Below, in pieces: positions 36,424 to 49,200 of a stretch of DNA of 64,000 nucleotides. Source of the DNA: Vitrella brassicaformis CCMP3155 (Eukaryota > Protista > Chromerida); the NCBI GenBank assembly GCA_001179505.1, contig CDMY01000897.1:1-64000 (forward strand). The letters run 5' to 3'. The notes under the pieces are model-generated. The model was given only the letters and a program-made list of their open reading frames with translations, was not told the DNA's origin and did not search any database. The position numbers and the translations under genes were made by a program. The number at the start of each line of letters is the position of its first letter. Position 1 is the first letter of the stretch.

Positions 36424-37088
36424 TGTAACGTATCCGTTCACAGGGTCGTGACGGGATAAAGATGGTCGTCTGTGGCTGGGGTGGGTATGGTGCGGTCTGT
36501 GTGACGAAGGTGTGACTGGTTCTAGCTTCTTGCTGCTCTGAATGCCTCCCTCCTAGGTGTGTGGGTGTGTCCATGAGTGTATTTGTAAGTGGTGGGCTGG
36601 GTGCGGACGAACACATGTTATACAGATGCGGCGTCAACAAGTCAGTCCTTCGCTCAACCGTACCGTCAGCTGCTCTGGTCGTCTATTGCATACCAACTGA
36701 GTACTACGAAAAAGCCGCTCGCACCAGCTGGGTGCGTCTATAGCGGCCGGGAAAAACGAAGCCACCCATCCACTCATCCATAGCACTGTACAATGACCAG
36801 CAATGAGGAGCCAGCACCATGCGCCACCAGTCTGTCTGCCTCTGTGTGCCCGTTGCACGGAAAAAGACCCCCTTGTGAGCCATGTGTGGTATGTATGACG
36901 CAATGTGAAGCGCTACTGACTCAACCGCAGGAAGGCAGAGGGAGGGAGGGAGGGAGGGACAGAGCACACAGTACAAGTACAATTACAAATACACATCTAT
37001 ACATACATACACGGTACATGTGCATGCATATGTTACGGATGCATACACACACACACATACGTGAGCTGTCTGTCTGTCTGCCGCTCGT

Positions 37089-39481
37089 TCATGAGGACGG
37101 CGGTGGCGGGGCGAGGGCGGGGTGGGCGGCCGGGAAGGATGTGTACGAGGATGCACCCGTCGCAGCAGGCATTCTCTGACGATATCGAATCAGCTGAACC
37201 TGAGGACCGACAATCGCCATAACCAGCGGAGGTCGGCTTATGCCTGTCTGTCTGTCTGGACACAGCACAGCCACGCACCTTCTTCATGGGCCCTCCCTGC
37301 ACAGGGTCGAATCTCGCCTTGAGGTATGTGCCGTCGGCACATAAGACTGCATTGCAGGCAATACCAGACACACAGAGAGAGGTCTCATGCAGCCACCGCC
37401 ACACCTGTCGCTCATGTGCATCCATCGTGCGGGCGCAGCCCCTACCGATGACTGAGTTGCGGTCGGCCCCAAATCCGCACACACAACGGCCGTCAGGCAC
37501 TCTGACCCACCACACACACAGAATAATGAGAGGCTCCCTGTCTGTGCCATTACTTCGTCAAGTCTGGCTCACTTACTTTAGCTGTGCAAAACTCCACTCG
37601 CTGGCAAAGTATGGCGTTGCCCAGGACAGGAAACGGAAGCTGGACCTGGGATTTGACGGCGACCCCCTGACACACACACAACACAGCCATCCATCCAGTC
37701 ATTCATCCATCCATCCATCATGCGGTTCATATCACATACTGTGAGCCTTGTGACGGCGACTCTCCAGCAGCGTGGGCATAGGGCCCCCTGGCAGACGCGG
37801 GGGTCGTCTGCGAGATGTCCTCAGCGCCGATAAGGCCCGAGGGAGGGGCCAACCGGGGCAGGGGGGAGAGGGGGAGGGATGCCGCGTCCGCAGGAAGGGC
37901 AAACGCGTGCACCGTGCCCTTGTCGGACGCAACCAGCAGCCTGGCACAGCACAACAAGTCGGTTGTCAGCGAGTGAGTGGTTGGTTTGGTATCTATCTAT
38001 CGTGTGGTCGTGTGGTTGTGTGATTGTGTTGCTCAGCACACCATGGTGCGGATGGGTGGAAGGCGATAGAGTAGATGTCGGCCTGGTCGGCGCCCCGCCG
38101 CAGCTCCCGCAGCTGCTGACCGCTGTGGGGAGTGAATAGACGGATTATCGTACCCTGACAGACACAAACACAAGTGGGGGGGAGGGGGAGGGCGAGGGCG
38201 AGAAAGATTCGTATGTAAGCGTTGTCGGCCCCTTTGCACCTTCTGTACCTTCTGTGAGGCCGTAGCGAGCAGCGTGGCATCGCTGTTGAGGGCCACACAA
38301 GCCAGGGGGGTCTCGTGGGCAGCTGGGAGAGACGACGGACGGATCAAGGAACAAAACAGCGTGTGGTGTCTGTCGATGCTCATAGATCTGTCTGTGCGTA
38401 CCAACCAACCTATGATAGCGACCGAGTTGGTGTGCCTCACATGCGTCACGTCGTGCTGCTGCCGGTCGGTCATCTCAGGCGACTCCTTCTCCTTCCCCTT
38501 CCCCTGTGCCGCTGGGCCCTCACTCCCGAACGCCTGGCTGTAGAAGACCACCAAAACACGGCCCCGCTGCAGCCCGGGACACGCCAGAACGATTCGCGAG
38601 TCGGATGGGCTGCTCGCCACGTCCATCAGACCTGCGACAAGACAGACGAGAATGAGTGCGTGAGTAAGCGCTTGTGTGGTGGGAATGTGCCGCCCACGTG
38701 GCGCCTGGCTGACCTCTTGGGTTTTGGATGGTGTCGACGGCCTCGATAAGCTGGAGGTCCCGGAAACGGTAGACAAACACCTTCCTCTCCAACGCCACCA
38801 CCACACTAAACCAACACAACACAGCACCAAACCACATCAACACAACACACCCACAACATGCGACTTCCTCCCTCAGCGCGTCCTGTATTACACTTCATTG
38901 AGCAGCTTGACGTTTCTGACGGTACTGGAGAAGGTCAGCTCCGCAATGCACCGGCCCAGCCGGTCGTCCCACAGCATCACTTGGGTGGGCGGCCATCTCG
39001 GTGTCGGGCCGCCGCCGACGAGCGCGAGCATGTTGCTGCGGTAGAGCATGGCGACGATGGCGATGCCGGCGGAGTCCGGGCTGAATCCGCCCGCGCTGTC
39101 GTGCAGAGTGCACTTGTGGTTGTCGGTCGCGAAGTCTGAAGGAGAGCGATAATGGGCGGGCGATTCGATGAGTGTGTTCATTCCTGTTGTGTGTTGTGTT
39201 TGATGATACCTACCTCGCTTGAACATCTCTTTGAACGGATCCTGAGGACAATACACACACATTGTGACGCACACAAGAGAGGCAGACGATTCATGGTGTG
39301 TCCGTTCCTCTGCTTCCTGCGGCTGCCGTCCGTCCTCCCTCCCTCCCTCCCTCCCCCTCCCCTCACTCACCGTGTTGAAGACCTGGAAGCCCGTCGTGGT
39401 GCCGCAGGCGAAGCATGAGTAATCCTGGTTGAATGATGGCAGGACGTCATCTGTTGGGTAGCTGGACTCGCCACTCATCAT
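37089..39481 (-). CDS. ATG18: PROPPIN autophagy protein, ATG18/WIPI family (LRRG motif, WIPI3/4-Hsv2 type)
   Basis: [41 protein letters not shown]...[37 protein letters not shown]...LRELRRGADQADIYSIAF, LLVASDKGTVHAF and YFASEWSFAQ. Confidence 0.92.
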
Positions 39482-39541
39482 GGTGTCCTAAGGGCTTTTC
39501 CGTGAGGAAAGGGGTCGCGCGACACTACACGCGCAAAGGAG

Positions 39542-39625
39542 AAACCCTGCTCGGTTTCTGGGTTCAATACCCTGAATAATGGTGACAGGGTTCGGCGAGC
39601 CAGAACCCTGAGCCGAGAAACCCTG
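39542..39625. promoter_or_regulatory. Cluster of telo-box-like AACCCTG motifs in the 162-bp ATG18/transporter divergent spacer
   Basis: AACCCTG at 39543, 39604 and 39619 (+) and at 39586-39592 (-). GAAACCCTGCTCG is repeated exactly twice. Confidence 0.4.
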
Positions 39626-39643
39626 CTCGTGTCGTCTAGCCTG

Positions 39644-42288
39644 ATGGAATCGCGGCTGCTGAGGCATGACACTTCTGTCGAACATGCTGCAACAAGGAGC
39701 TTTCTGCCGCTGAAGATCGATAGATCTGACGTATCGGATGGCAGCCCACTCTCTCCCTCCGGCACGCCCGACACCAGCACCAGCACAAACAGCAGCAACA
39801 GCACAGCTGAAGCAGACGAGCCGGAGGACGCAGCGGATGGAGCTGGCGAGGATGAGCCGATGATATCTGCAGATCCTCGGAGAGAGAGGGAGATTGAGAT
39901 GTCTGGCATGGTTGGGCGGGTGTTTCACGAGAGGAAGGTGGGTTGGCTGGAGGTGTGCAGTGAGCTGCTGCAGATGGCTGTGAGGCGGCCGAGTGAGTGG
40001 AAGGAGATGGGGCTGGGAGTGGGAATGGGAGGAGGGGGCCGTGGGTGGGGCATGATGGTCATGCGCGTCGTCACGCTGACGGTCCTCTATGCAGCCTACA
40101 TGGTAGGGAACAAGCACGACCGCAAGTCAGTGTCCCCCCGATGGCTGGCACTTGGTGCTTGTTGTGTGGTTCGAGCAGGGTTTGATGTACGCCCGTGGCG
40201 TGTTGGATGTGAGCAATGCGGCCATGAAGAATGACTCACAAACAACATGGGACTTCGAAACAGCCGGTACAGGCCGCGGCAGCAGCGCTCACACAACCGC
40301 ACACCCCCCAGCCACCCACCCACCTGCCCACTCATTGTGTCGCTCTTTCTCGATCAGGTGATGTGTTTGCGTGCGGCAACTACGCCTACTTGGTGGGCAA
40401 GCTGGTCTCGCCCCTCATGGTGGACCTAGCTGGCGCCCAAAGCCTGCTCGTGTACACTCTCGCCCTCGGCAGCGCCACCACCTTCCTGTTCGGCCTCAAC
40501 GGCTCGCCGTGGACGGCCGCCCTGCTGTGGGGCTTGTTTCGGTTTGGTCTGGCATTCGGGTGGCCTGCCCTGGGCCGCATCGTGTGTGCGTGGTGCCTGC
40601 CGACGCAGTATGGGCAGGTGTTCGGTGTGCTGTCGACGGCATCACGCACCGGTGAGTGGCTGGGATAAGGGGGATGGGATGTCCGAAGGAGAGAGAGATC
40701 ATGTGTCTGTTTGATTGTGTGTCAGGTGCGGTGATGGCGAGTTTAGTTGCGGGCCGGCTGCTGATGTGGGGGGTGCCGTGGAGGTCCCTCTTCATTGGGG
40801 CGGCGGCGCTCCTCCTCGCCCTCCTGGCCCTCACCAACGCCTTCCTGCGCGACAAACCCACAGGCACAAACACACACACACACACACACAGTTGTCACAG
40901 TTGTCCCAACACAGTCACCACACCTTTCGTCCACCCACCCTCTGTTCTGCAGATTGGGGCCTGGAGGAGGTGCATGCCAAGGGTCAGGAGCTGCTGCCTC
41001 TAATGGTTGTCGAGGAAGATGACACAGAGGAGAGCACCATGGAAGCTGGAGGGGCTGTCGACAACAGCACATCAACAGCAGCAACAGCAACAGCAGAGCG
41101 GTCGATGCACCAGCGGAAAGGGACAGCGAGGGGAGAAGTCGACGGCGGGTTTTGGCTGTGGAATGACGGCGGCGGCGGTGGTGCTGGTGGTGGAGACGGT
41201 GTGAAGGGCGGGCCGCGGCGCGCTGTGCGTCATGGTGAAGATGAGAGCCTCCTGACGGCCCTCGGCAAGTTCAGCCAAGGTGAGTGAGTCAGCTGGCTGG
41301 CTGGTTGGGGGAGGGAAAGGTGACCGATTGCATATTAATTAGTTCTGTGAGTGTGTGTGTTCAGAGGGTCATTTTTGGTTGATAAGTGTGAGCATCATGC
41401 TGATCACGCCTTTGACAGAGATGAACAGGTGCCTTGCCCTCACCATTGTACTATTGTGCGCGGTGCTGCATTCTTTGTGCGTGTGTGCGTGTGTGTGTGT
41501 GTGTGTTCAGTTGGTGGCCGAGCTATTTGTCTCATGTGCTTAAGCTCTCGCCGGGCGAGGCGGCATCCATCGCATCAGTTTTCCCCGCCGGATTTATCAT
41601 CTCTGTGCTACTCGGTCCGACACACACACACACTCACACACACACTCACAGGGCTCACAATATACTGTCCACACACACACGCCTTACAGGTGGATGGCTG
41701 TACGACCGTCTGTCGTCCCGGGGCCGCTTCGTGTTCATCTCCTCTCTCCTGCTGACCGGCACCTGTGTGGCGTTGGCTCTGCGGTTCGTGCACCCCACTG
41801 TGCTGCTGGAGCAGCTTGAGCTGGCCGTCGAGTCGCCCGACGCGTCCGTGTCGCGGGATGGCGACGGGATGGTCATTGTGGACCCTGCCCACCCCCACTA
41901 TGCCAAGCTGGTGGCTCTGCGGCTGCCACTGCTTGTGCTGGTGTTCCTGCTGGGATTCTGGTACGTCACTCAGTGAGTAGAGACACACGAGGGATGCACT
42001 AGGTGAATGTGTGTCTCTGTGTCTGTGGGCAGTTTTGGCCCGGCCTACTTCATCCCCACGTCTGTTTACTGTGCGAGCTTCGGTGGAAAGCGGCACTGCA
42101 GCACACTGGCGGGGCTGCTTGACGCGTTCGGGTACCTGTCGACGACGGCCTTCATGGTGGCTGTGGGTCACATAGCCAAGGCCAACCGGTGGGTGCAGGT
42201 GCTGGACCTGCTGTGGACGTCGCTGGCGTGCTGCACGCTCACCTACTCGCTCTTCATGTGCAGAAATGTCCAGCTGAAATACTGCTGA
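39644..42288 (+). CDS. MFS organophosphate:Pi antiporter-like transporter (GlpT/UhpT/SLC37 family)
   Basis: VTLTVLYAAYM, AYLVGKLVSPLMVD, GLAFGWPALGRIVCAW...YGQVFGVLSTASRTG, WWPSYLSHVL, GWLYDRLS, and STLAGLLDAFGY...QLKYC*. Confidence 0.83.
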
Positions 42289-42764
42289 GCTGAGGGAGTG
42301 TGGCATTCATTCATTTGTTTGTTTGTACTGTAAATATGGACGATCGAGCTTATGTGTCTCCTTAGTTACACACATTGAATTCTGTGTGCGGCCGATCTTT
42401 GCACGTCCTCACTGACATTTCTACAAAGACGAGATCGATGGTCCATCCCTTCACTCAGATTCAAGTCGATCTATTCGCCACGCAGCAGCGTCTGTGGCAA
42501 GCACACACACACACACATATATATACACACACACGTGTGCACGGACAAAACGCAGAGATGGACGCACCGGGTCTCAAAACCATCAATGATGCGGAAGCCG
42601 CTTGCACGCAACACACGCAGCCAGACACATAAACTTGAAGACACGAGAAGCCATCATGTCCAAGCTCTCTCGTCCTTCCTCCCTCCCTCCCTCCCTCCCT
42701 CTGCGATTGAGCACGCGGACACAAGACACAAAGCCTAACTCCACGCCAGCTCACGGGTCGCGGC

Positions 42765-44839
42765 TCACTTGAGGCTGAACTTTACCGATTTGAACTTTCT
42801 GAACCTCTCGATGTCGAACCGCTTGAGCAGCTGGAACCACTCCTCCACCAGCCGCTTTCGAATTGACATGTCGAGCCGGTCACGTCGCTCCGGCGCAGCC
42901 GACTCCTGGTAGAGCGCGGCGACTACCAGCGCATCTGCGGGCCGCACGACGATGAAGGCCGGCGAGTCCTCCCCTTTGCGGTGGCCGTACACGACCACAT
43001 ATCTGAGGGGGCGGCCGAAGGGGTGCCGCCGCTCAAGACCCAGATCGTGGAGCGCGTCGATGAGAAGGTAGTCCTTGCCGGTGTCGATGGGCTGTGTGGC
43101 GAGGGCGCGCAGCTTGGCGTCCATCGGGCCTTCGTATGTCATGAACATGTGGCTGTGCGGGTAGTCCTCGAAGGGCAGGGTGTGGCGGATGGCGAAGGAT
43201 GTGAAAGAGGGATAAACGAGCGACTCGCAGCGGACCACCGGATCGCTCGTCGAGTACGAGGCCTGTGCATAAAGAGTGAAAGTTAGGTGCAGTGAGAGAC
43301 ACAATCAGAACCAACACGCAACAAACTCACCTTGTAGGGGTGACCGGCCGGTAGGCTGGTCAAGGGCACGATCTCAAAACCCTTGCCGCGCAGTCGATAT
43401 TGGTCGCCTTGGTGAGTGTTGGTGTCGAAGTACGTGTCGAAGTGGCTACGGTCAGACGCTTTGGCCGACTGCTCAGCGCCCCTGCCGTCATCGCCCTCGT
43501 CCTTGGCTGCAAGCAGAGAAGCATCATTACACAACACATGATCAGAAGGCGCGGTGCGGTGCGGTGTGTGGTGCAATGAGAGAAAGGGGAGGCCTTCTCG
43601 TGTCTGTGCTCACCGCGTGTCATGAGCATCGCCCGACGATCCCTCAGGCTCACCCTGCGCGCAGCCATGGGACCCATGTGTGTGTTGCCTTGTCTTGTGT
43701 TGTGTATGTGCCTGCCTTCCTACCTCTGCGACGGGTCGAGCTCGATGACCTTATTGACGTCGGAGAGGGCGAGCCGCCACTTGCCCTGCTTCTCGTAGGC
43801 GCCGCTGCGACGCTGGTAGGCCTGCGCACGGAACAACGTACACACACGACGTAGACAGAGTAAGCGTGTGCCTGACCTTGATGTATCGTGGGTTGTTGAT
43901 GACGGCACTGGTGCAGTCGACGACGGCCGCGGCGTAGTTTCCCTGCTGTATGTGACAGGCAGCCCTGAGCAATGATTCGAAAAACAACACATCACCCAAC
44001 CCACCCAACAGGCAGGGAGACCCACACTTTCTCTCTCCCCTTGCCCTGCCCGCACACACCTGTTGGCGAGTATGATGGCCTTGAAGCCCTTCTCGTCGTG
44101 AGGGCACCTATCCGATGCATCTGAGAGCACAAACAAGCCTTTGCTCCGTGTTTCCCCGAGACCCCCATCACACACAAACTTGCACCCACTCACTTCACTC
44201 ACCTGTGTAGAGCTTGATGGCGTCGTCGTATCGCCCCTCACGGTAGTGGACGTTGCCCGCCTCCTTGAGCCGCTCGCACGCCGCTCTGTCCACCACCACC
44301 AGGGTCTGAGGCCGCCCATTGTTGGTCAGCAGTTGCCCGAATGTCTTGTAGATGCCCATGGCCAGCGGCAGCTGTTTGAAGGCTGTCGTGCTGGGGATGG
44401 TGTCCATGATGCCCTTAGGCGGCAGCCGTATCGGCAGCTGCTCCACCACCTCGAAGTTCTTGGCCACACGGGCGTACGGCGCCATCGACGGCCACACGGC
44501 CGCCCCTTCTTCAAAGACCCAGGCGCAGCGGGAGAGGTAGCCGAAGTAGGTGAGCCCATCGGGCATCACCACATCATCATGTGCATCTGTCGGGGCGCTC
44601 GTCGGGGCGGCTCCATCTGCCTCATCATCCTGATTGCTGTCCTCATCTTGAGGCTGCCGCTGGACGTCGAAGAGTCCGTCGAGGCCGTGGCGGGTCAGTG
44701 AGCCCTCGATGCGGCGGAGCATCACCGTGCTGTCGATGAGAGCTCCCTCAGTGCCGGAGATGCATCTGAAGGTGAGCATGTCATGGATGGTGCCGAAGCG
44801 GCTGCTCCGCCACAGATCCAGGGGCACCTGGTACGACAT
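42765..44839 (-). CDS. Protein with three central TPR motifs flanked by lineage-specific domains; N-terminus weakly F-box-like
   Basis: Exon 1 is 44203-44839. TPRs are LKEAGNVHYREGRYDDAIKLYT, AIILANRAACHIQQGNYAAAVVDCTSAV and YIKAYQRRSGAYEKQGKWRLALSDVNKVIELDP, in small exons 44060-44120, 43877-43964 and 43724-43821. The last long exon ends FSLK*. Confidence 0.8.
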
Positions 44840-45023
44840 GAGGACTGCGAGAAATGCACGGGAGATGCGAAAAGAGAAATGTCGGATTGTCTGAGGCAGC
44901 AGCGACGGAGTGCGAGCTAGACCTGGAGCTGCGAGCATAGCAGCAACGTCAGCAGGAGCAGCAGCTCAATAGCGGTTGGTGCGTGACTGGATCTTTTGCC
45001 TGTCCGTCTTGTGGGTTTGTCCA

Positions 45024-46227
45024 ATGGAGTCCGCATCTGCGGCGCCAGCGCCGCACCACTGTCCCGCTCCACAACCGCCTCAGAGCGCCACATCTCCCTG
45101 TTCATCGCTCCTCCGCCGCATTTTTGTCATCCACGCCGCTGCTCTCGTCGTTTTTTCTGACGGCTTTTCCCTCTCGCCAACGCTGACCCGACACCCGCCG
45201 CCCCATCTCTCCCCAGCTGCCAGGCGCAGCGGCCTCCTATCCCGGCTCCGCGCCAGTCCGCCTGAAACGGCCATTTCGTCAGCTGAGCGGGGCACGACTC
45301 GCCCAACGGTGCCTGTGGCTGATGCGGATGGAAGCGAGGAAGATGCCATTGTGGCGGGTGAGGTGCTGGGCGGCGAGGGGGATGAGATGTCTGTTGAGAG
45401 GCTGACTGAGGTGCGCGGGAGGATATCAACGATTCAGCGACAGCTCAAGAAAGCCGTCCAGACGGAGAATTTCTACAAGGTAAAGGGAGGGAGCCAGTCA
45501 GATGGACACACAACCTTGGAATGGGTTACGCATGACGCCGCATGGGCCTGTGCAGGCCGCGTCCCTCAAGAAAGAGCTCGAGAGGTGGCAATCGCAAGAC
45601 CCTCAGCTGCAGCTCGAGGAAGCGCTCAGCGCAGCCGTCGAAAGCAAAGACTTCCTCTCGGCCGCCCGCATCCGCGACCAGCGCGACGAGTTTCTAAGAC
45701 GGTGCCCCATACCCCAGATCAAGACCAACCGGCTGCTCGTGCTGACAAAGGACGCCGACATCGTCACGATGGATCCGTCGAGTGAGGAGGTGAGGGTCTT
45801 GTCAAGCAAGCTGAAGAGCTACAAGTCTGGCGCCAGGTGGGTGTGCCAGTGGCCGACCTGGTCGCATGACGGCACCAAGGTGGCGTGCACGGCGGCGCTT
45901 GTGGAGCCCACTAGGGCGGCCATGGGGGCATCGCCCATCAGTAAGACAGACACAGAACATCCATCCTTCCTCTCTTCGTCGGCAGACGTACGGGCGTGTG
46001 TCGCCTATTGTGTGTGGGTGTGTAGTTGAGATGCGTTTGGTGGTGTTTGACGAGGAGAGTGGCGAGGTGATTCAGTCGGTTGAGGTGAGCCAACCGCCCT
46101 ACTGCTACCTCTGGTCGACCGACAACACTCACCTCATCTACCTCTCAAACACCGACGACGACAAGGGAGCCGCACCCATCGTAAACAAGCACAGCCAGAC
46201 AGACAGACAGACTTTATGGTGGTGTCA

Positions 46228-46273
<46 letters not shown>

Positions 46274-48140
46274 ACGGATGCAGCCACTGGTTCAGTTGGT
46301 GGCTGTTGACATATCCAAGCCTGACGGGAGCGTCACCCTGCGGACACTCGACAAGTAAGTACCTGCGCAGCTGACTCCTCAATCGCCAGACAGCCGAGAC
46401 CCATACGCACCTGTGTGGTGTGAGTGTGCAGGGGGCGTCCACTCTTCTTCGCTTCGAGCAAACTGGACCGCCGGCACCCGAAGCTCATCGTGAACAACTG
46501 GTTGGCCGGGAGGCTGCGAGTGCTCAAGGACGAAGGCAAATGGGCGTCTGGCGAGGGCCGGTGGGAATCACTCACGGACGGGCCGGGCAAAATCGCGAAA
46601 TTCGCAGCCCCAAAGGCGCACACAGGTGGGTAGGGTAGATGTGTGGGCGCGCCACGCATGAGTGGATCGCTCCCTCTCACCGTGTGTGTCGTTGGTGTGG
46701 GTTGCAGCTGGGAATATGGACGGCATCGTTGCCGTCGAAAACGACTGGCTCATTTCCGTTTCGCTTGATGGTGCGCGACGATCGATGCGCCATTGTCCAA
46801 TTGCCCGTCTGCCTGTTTACCTGGCTGCCTGGCTGCGTGCAGGGAAGCATCGGAAGCGCATCATGCCCATCAGCAGCTCTGTGGCCATGCAGGTGTCGCC
46901 CGACAACCAACGCGTGGCGCTGCTCGAACAGCAGACCGGCAGCTGCAGAGTCATCGTCATCGAGGTCAGCCAGCCAGCCAGCCAGCCACAAACAATGGCA
47001 TGCGATGGCCGGCCAACGTACTTGTGTGTGTGGTTCCGTCAGGGTGAGCACGACTGGCTGGACCCCCGCAACCCTGATGCCAAGGTCAGCAGCTTCGACC
47101 TGCCGATAGGCCACATCACTGCGGCATTCTGGTTCAGGTACACACAAACACACACACACACACACACCATACCGTCTGTATGTTTGCGTTTCTCTCTTTG
47201 TGCGACAGCCCCGACAGCAAGAAGCTCTTGTGTTTCTCGACCAACCTAAGCAAGCCCGCCCTCTCCTCGATCTCACAGCTCGACCCCAGGATGCAGCCAT
47301 TCGCCGTGCAGGGACAAGTCAAGACCTTCTGGCAAGTCTACCACCTGGATGGCCACACCGCCGATGACATCCCCAACCCCCCTCAGCAACCAACAGACGA
47401 CAAAGCCGTCAGTGCGGCTGGATTCCGGTCGACCGACAGCAGTGGCAACCGCTTCACGTTTGGCTTTCAGGGGGGCCCCAAGTCTGACCAGCCCGAAGGC
47501 AACCCCGCCAGTCGGCTGACCAAGCTCTTCGGCGAGAACATGGGTGTGTTTCTGAGCTCGCCTGACGGGACGATATCCGGTGTGAAGACGGGCGGGTCGC
47601 TGCCCGATTTGGTGACGCCAATCACGCCCCACAGCAGGGTGGTCAGAGCGGAGGGCCGGAAAGAGCCGCTCAAGGTGCAGTATTGCCAGGAGTTCGTGCC
47701 GAAGAGCACATACCTGAATGTAAGGCAGAGACAAAGGGAGTGAGGGGAGAGGCCTCAGGACAACCATCTGGGTGTCATTCATCATATGATGTGTCTGTTG
47801 TGTTTGTGTGTGTGTGTGTGTTTATGGTGTCCTGCAGCTGTTCCTGCCCTTCTTCGACCAATACGCGCTGTCGATGACGCCATGGAGCCCTGACTCACAG
47901 GCGTTCTGCTACGTGACCAACGACGGGCCCTACATCCAGTACCTCACAGACGACGCCGACCCTTCACGGACACCCCCGGCAGAGAAGCTCGTGGCGAGGG
48001 GCGACCACTTCCCACCATCCCTCTCATACACACCGCCCATGGCCTCGCCCTTCGAGAGCTCCACCAGCCAGGAGGGCAGCAGCGAAGGCGACGACAACCG
48101 CCTGGAAGGAGCGGACCTGGTCGCCTGGAGCTGGTGCTAA
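45024..48140 (+). CDS. Protein with two UVR (UvrB/C) motifs and a TolB-like beta-propeller; candidate plastid-targeted
   Basis: QLKKAVQTENFYKAASLKKELE and LEEALSAAVESKDFLSAARIRDQ are UVR-like. Propeller-type turns WPTWSHDGTKVA, WSTDNTHLIYLS, VSPDNQRVALLE, SPDSKKLL and WSPDSQAFCY. The leader has a hydrophobic stretch ending SDG-F followed by a Ser/Arg/Pro-rich segment. Confidence 0.75.
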
Positions 48141-49200
48141 TGGATGCTGGATGGATGTATGGATGGATGGGGGGAGTGATGGGATTCACACCGGCGATGA
48201 GGGTGCGTACTGCTCAGGACGGAGGGAGGGCTTTAGTGACAGTAGGTGATGGTGGGGACTCATCATCAATGGTACAAGTAGCCAGCCAGCCAGCCGGCCA
48301 GCCTTGCAGCCAGTCATGTCGAGAGCGTTGGAGAGATGGAATGAGCGGAATGAAGTTTTTTCTTCTTTTGCCGCTGATTGTGGCAGACAGACAGACAGAG
48401 AGAGAGAGAGAGAGATAACATTGTGGATCGCCGTGGGCGCTTCCGCTTCCGCTTCCACTCACCGACCGAGTGCACAGACAGACAGTGTCCTTCTTTCTTC
48501 CGTGCACGTCAGACTGCAATTTGAAGCCTAGGCAGCCAACGAACGAGTTGTTAAGTCGTCACGTGTGCCCTGCCTGCCTTGTAGGGCCTTGTGGGCATGC
48601 GTATCAATGAGTCCCCTCTCTGCTCTCTCTTGAGGTGTGGCTGGCTGGCTGGCTCTTCGTTTCCTGCAGCCACTCGCTCAGTCGCTTCCCGCGTACCCAC
48701 CTACTTGTACAGACAGACATGTTTGTTCGTCAATGTGTGTGTGGTGAGCCGTGGCTTTGTGTGTAGAGAGAGGCCCCGATCTCTTGCTCAGCGGCCGCAG
48801 GCCTTCCCGCCCATCGAATGATTGGGAGGGGGAGCAGCGCCTCGTTGGATATCAATTTTGGCCGGGAGGCGGGTGGGCGGATGTGTGGGTTGTCGGGGGT
48901 TTATAGAGGGCTCTTTGTCCTTCACAGAAGTGTCCTTTCCTGACGTCGCTGTCTCTCCCTCTTCCTTCCTCGTCTCTCTCTTTCACCCTTCTAGACTCTG
49001 ACTCTCGCCCACTTGGTGGCGTCGGTGTGGGCTGCATCGGCCGATGGATTCGGTTGCTCGACTGTTCGTTCGTATGTGAATCGAATTGCTTCCAGCGCAA
49101 ATTAGTGTGTGTCCCCATGTATGGCTCCCTCATCAATCAATCAAGGCAGGCGGCCAGGCTGCGGCTTGTCGCTCAAACAAGATCACAATGCATCCACCAT

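Noticed and set aside
1047-42288. Phosphate-scavenging cluster (AP-like, MFS, GlpT-like transporter)
   Set aside because: The GlpT-like gene is more than 30 kb away with unrelated housekeeping genes between, MFSD6-like substrates are unknown, and no shared upstream motif was seen.
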